Source: Marsupella aquatica (lineage: Eukaryota; Plantae; Marchantiophyta). From it: a DNA stretch of 64,000 nt. The position numbers and the translations under genes were made by a program. Below, piece after piece: positions 63,274 to 64,000 of this stretch (position 1 is the first letter of the stretch; each line of letters begins with the position of its first letter). The notes under the pieces are model-generated. The model did not search any database and was not told where the DNA came from. It saw only the letters and a list, made by a program, of their open reading frames with translations. The stretch is taken from assembly GCA_973895155.1 (NCBI GenBank), contig OZ316891.1, positions 1,107,324 through 1,171,323 on the forward strand. The letters are read 5' to 3'.

Positions 63274-64000
63274 TATTTTGCACAATGATATCTCGGGGGG
63301 TCACTATATGAAGGGTCATACATCACGTGCGACGGTTTGGGTCATTTATGACCCCCCTAAGTCACTTTCTAGAAAGTTGTACGGCACCAATCATGTGATG
63401 ACACGTATGCATTTTGCAATTAAACAACCATATATTTCCATAGAAGACTTAATAAGTCTTCCGCCAAAACCATTTAAATGGCCCTACACTTTGTCGCACA
63501 TGATATGCCACTTCCATGGAAGTGACCCCCCCAAGAATGATATCTTTCACTCAACAAATTTGTTTGTGCAATAATGTAATTTAACAATTTATTTTTTATT
63601 CAACGATATCTTTTGCACCAGGATCTATTTCTCAACAATATCTTTTATGCAACGCACGGGCATTGAAAGGATACCAAAAGAATGGTCATCTTTGCTAAAC
63701 CCTAAATCTGAAACCGATAATATAACATTGTGCAAATCTATAGAGTGGTCGTCATTCAAATGCAGGGTCATTTTGGGTAAAAACCAAGAAAAAGACTCTC
63801 TTCTTCTCCTTGACTTTTTATTTCATAACATCTTTCACATAACGACAACTTGGGTGAACGACACCTTTTTTCTTATAACATCTTTACTTTTGACAAAATG
63901 ACACTTTTAACAACATATTTCACATAATGGCATATTTTTTGGCAAAATGGCTTCACTTCATGACATCTTTCACATAACAACATCTTGGGTGACATGACAT

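Overview
Eukaryotic nuclear DNA from a land plant, probably a seed-free lineage (inferred from gene types and repeat landscape; the species cannot be determined here). Four intact genes lie in a repeat-rich matrix. (1) The 3' five coding exons of mitochondrial ATP synthase subunit O/OSCP (+, 733-3472). (2) A single-exon GPI-anchored arabinogalactan peptide (+, 25184-25381). (3) An intronless 746-aa STE20/OSR1-SPAK-like MAP4K kinase (-, 40326-42566). (4) Nine-exon cytoplasmic tRNA 2-thiolation protein CTU1 (+, 51643-54834). A full-length but decayed Ty1/copia element (43982-50536, -, TSD CTTTC) lies between the divergent kinase and CTU1 genes. Also present: two solo LTRs with perfect TSDs, an ankyrin-PGG pseudogene, a foldback element with ~600-bp arms, three Mutator-type MITEs with 10-bp TSDs, a mini-Helitron, tRNA-derived SINEs and several tandem arrays. 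Two very degraded coding relics resemble a Crypton/DUF3504-type tyrosine recombinase and a P-loop ATPase. The most notable leads are the intronless MAP4K (a probable retrogene) and the putative Crypton-like relic. No rRNA, tRNA gene or CRISPR array was seen. All alignments were done by eye.
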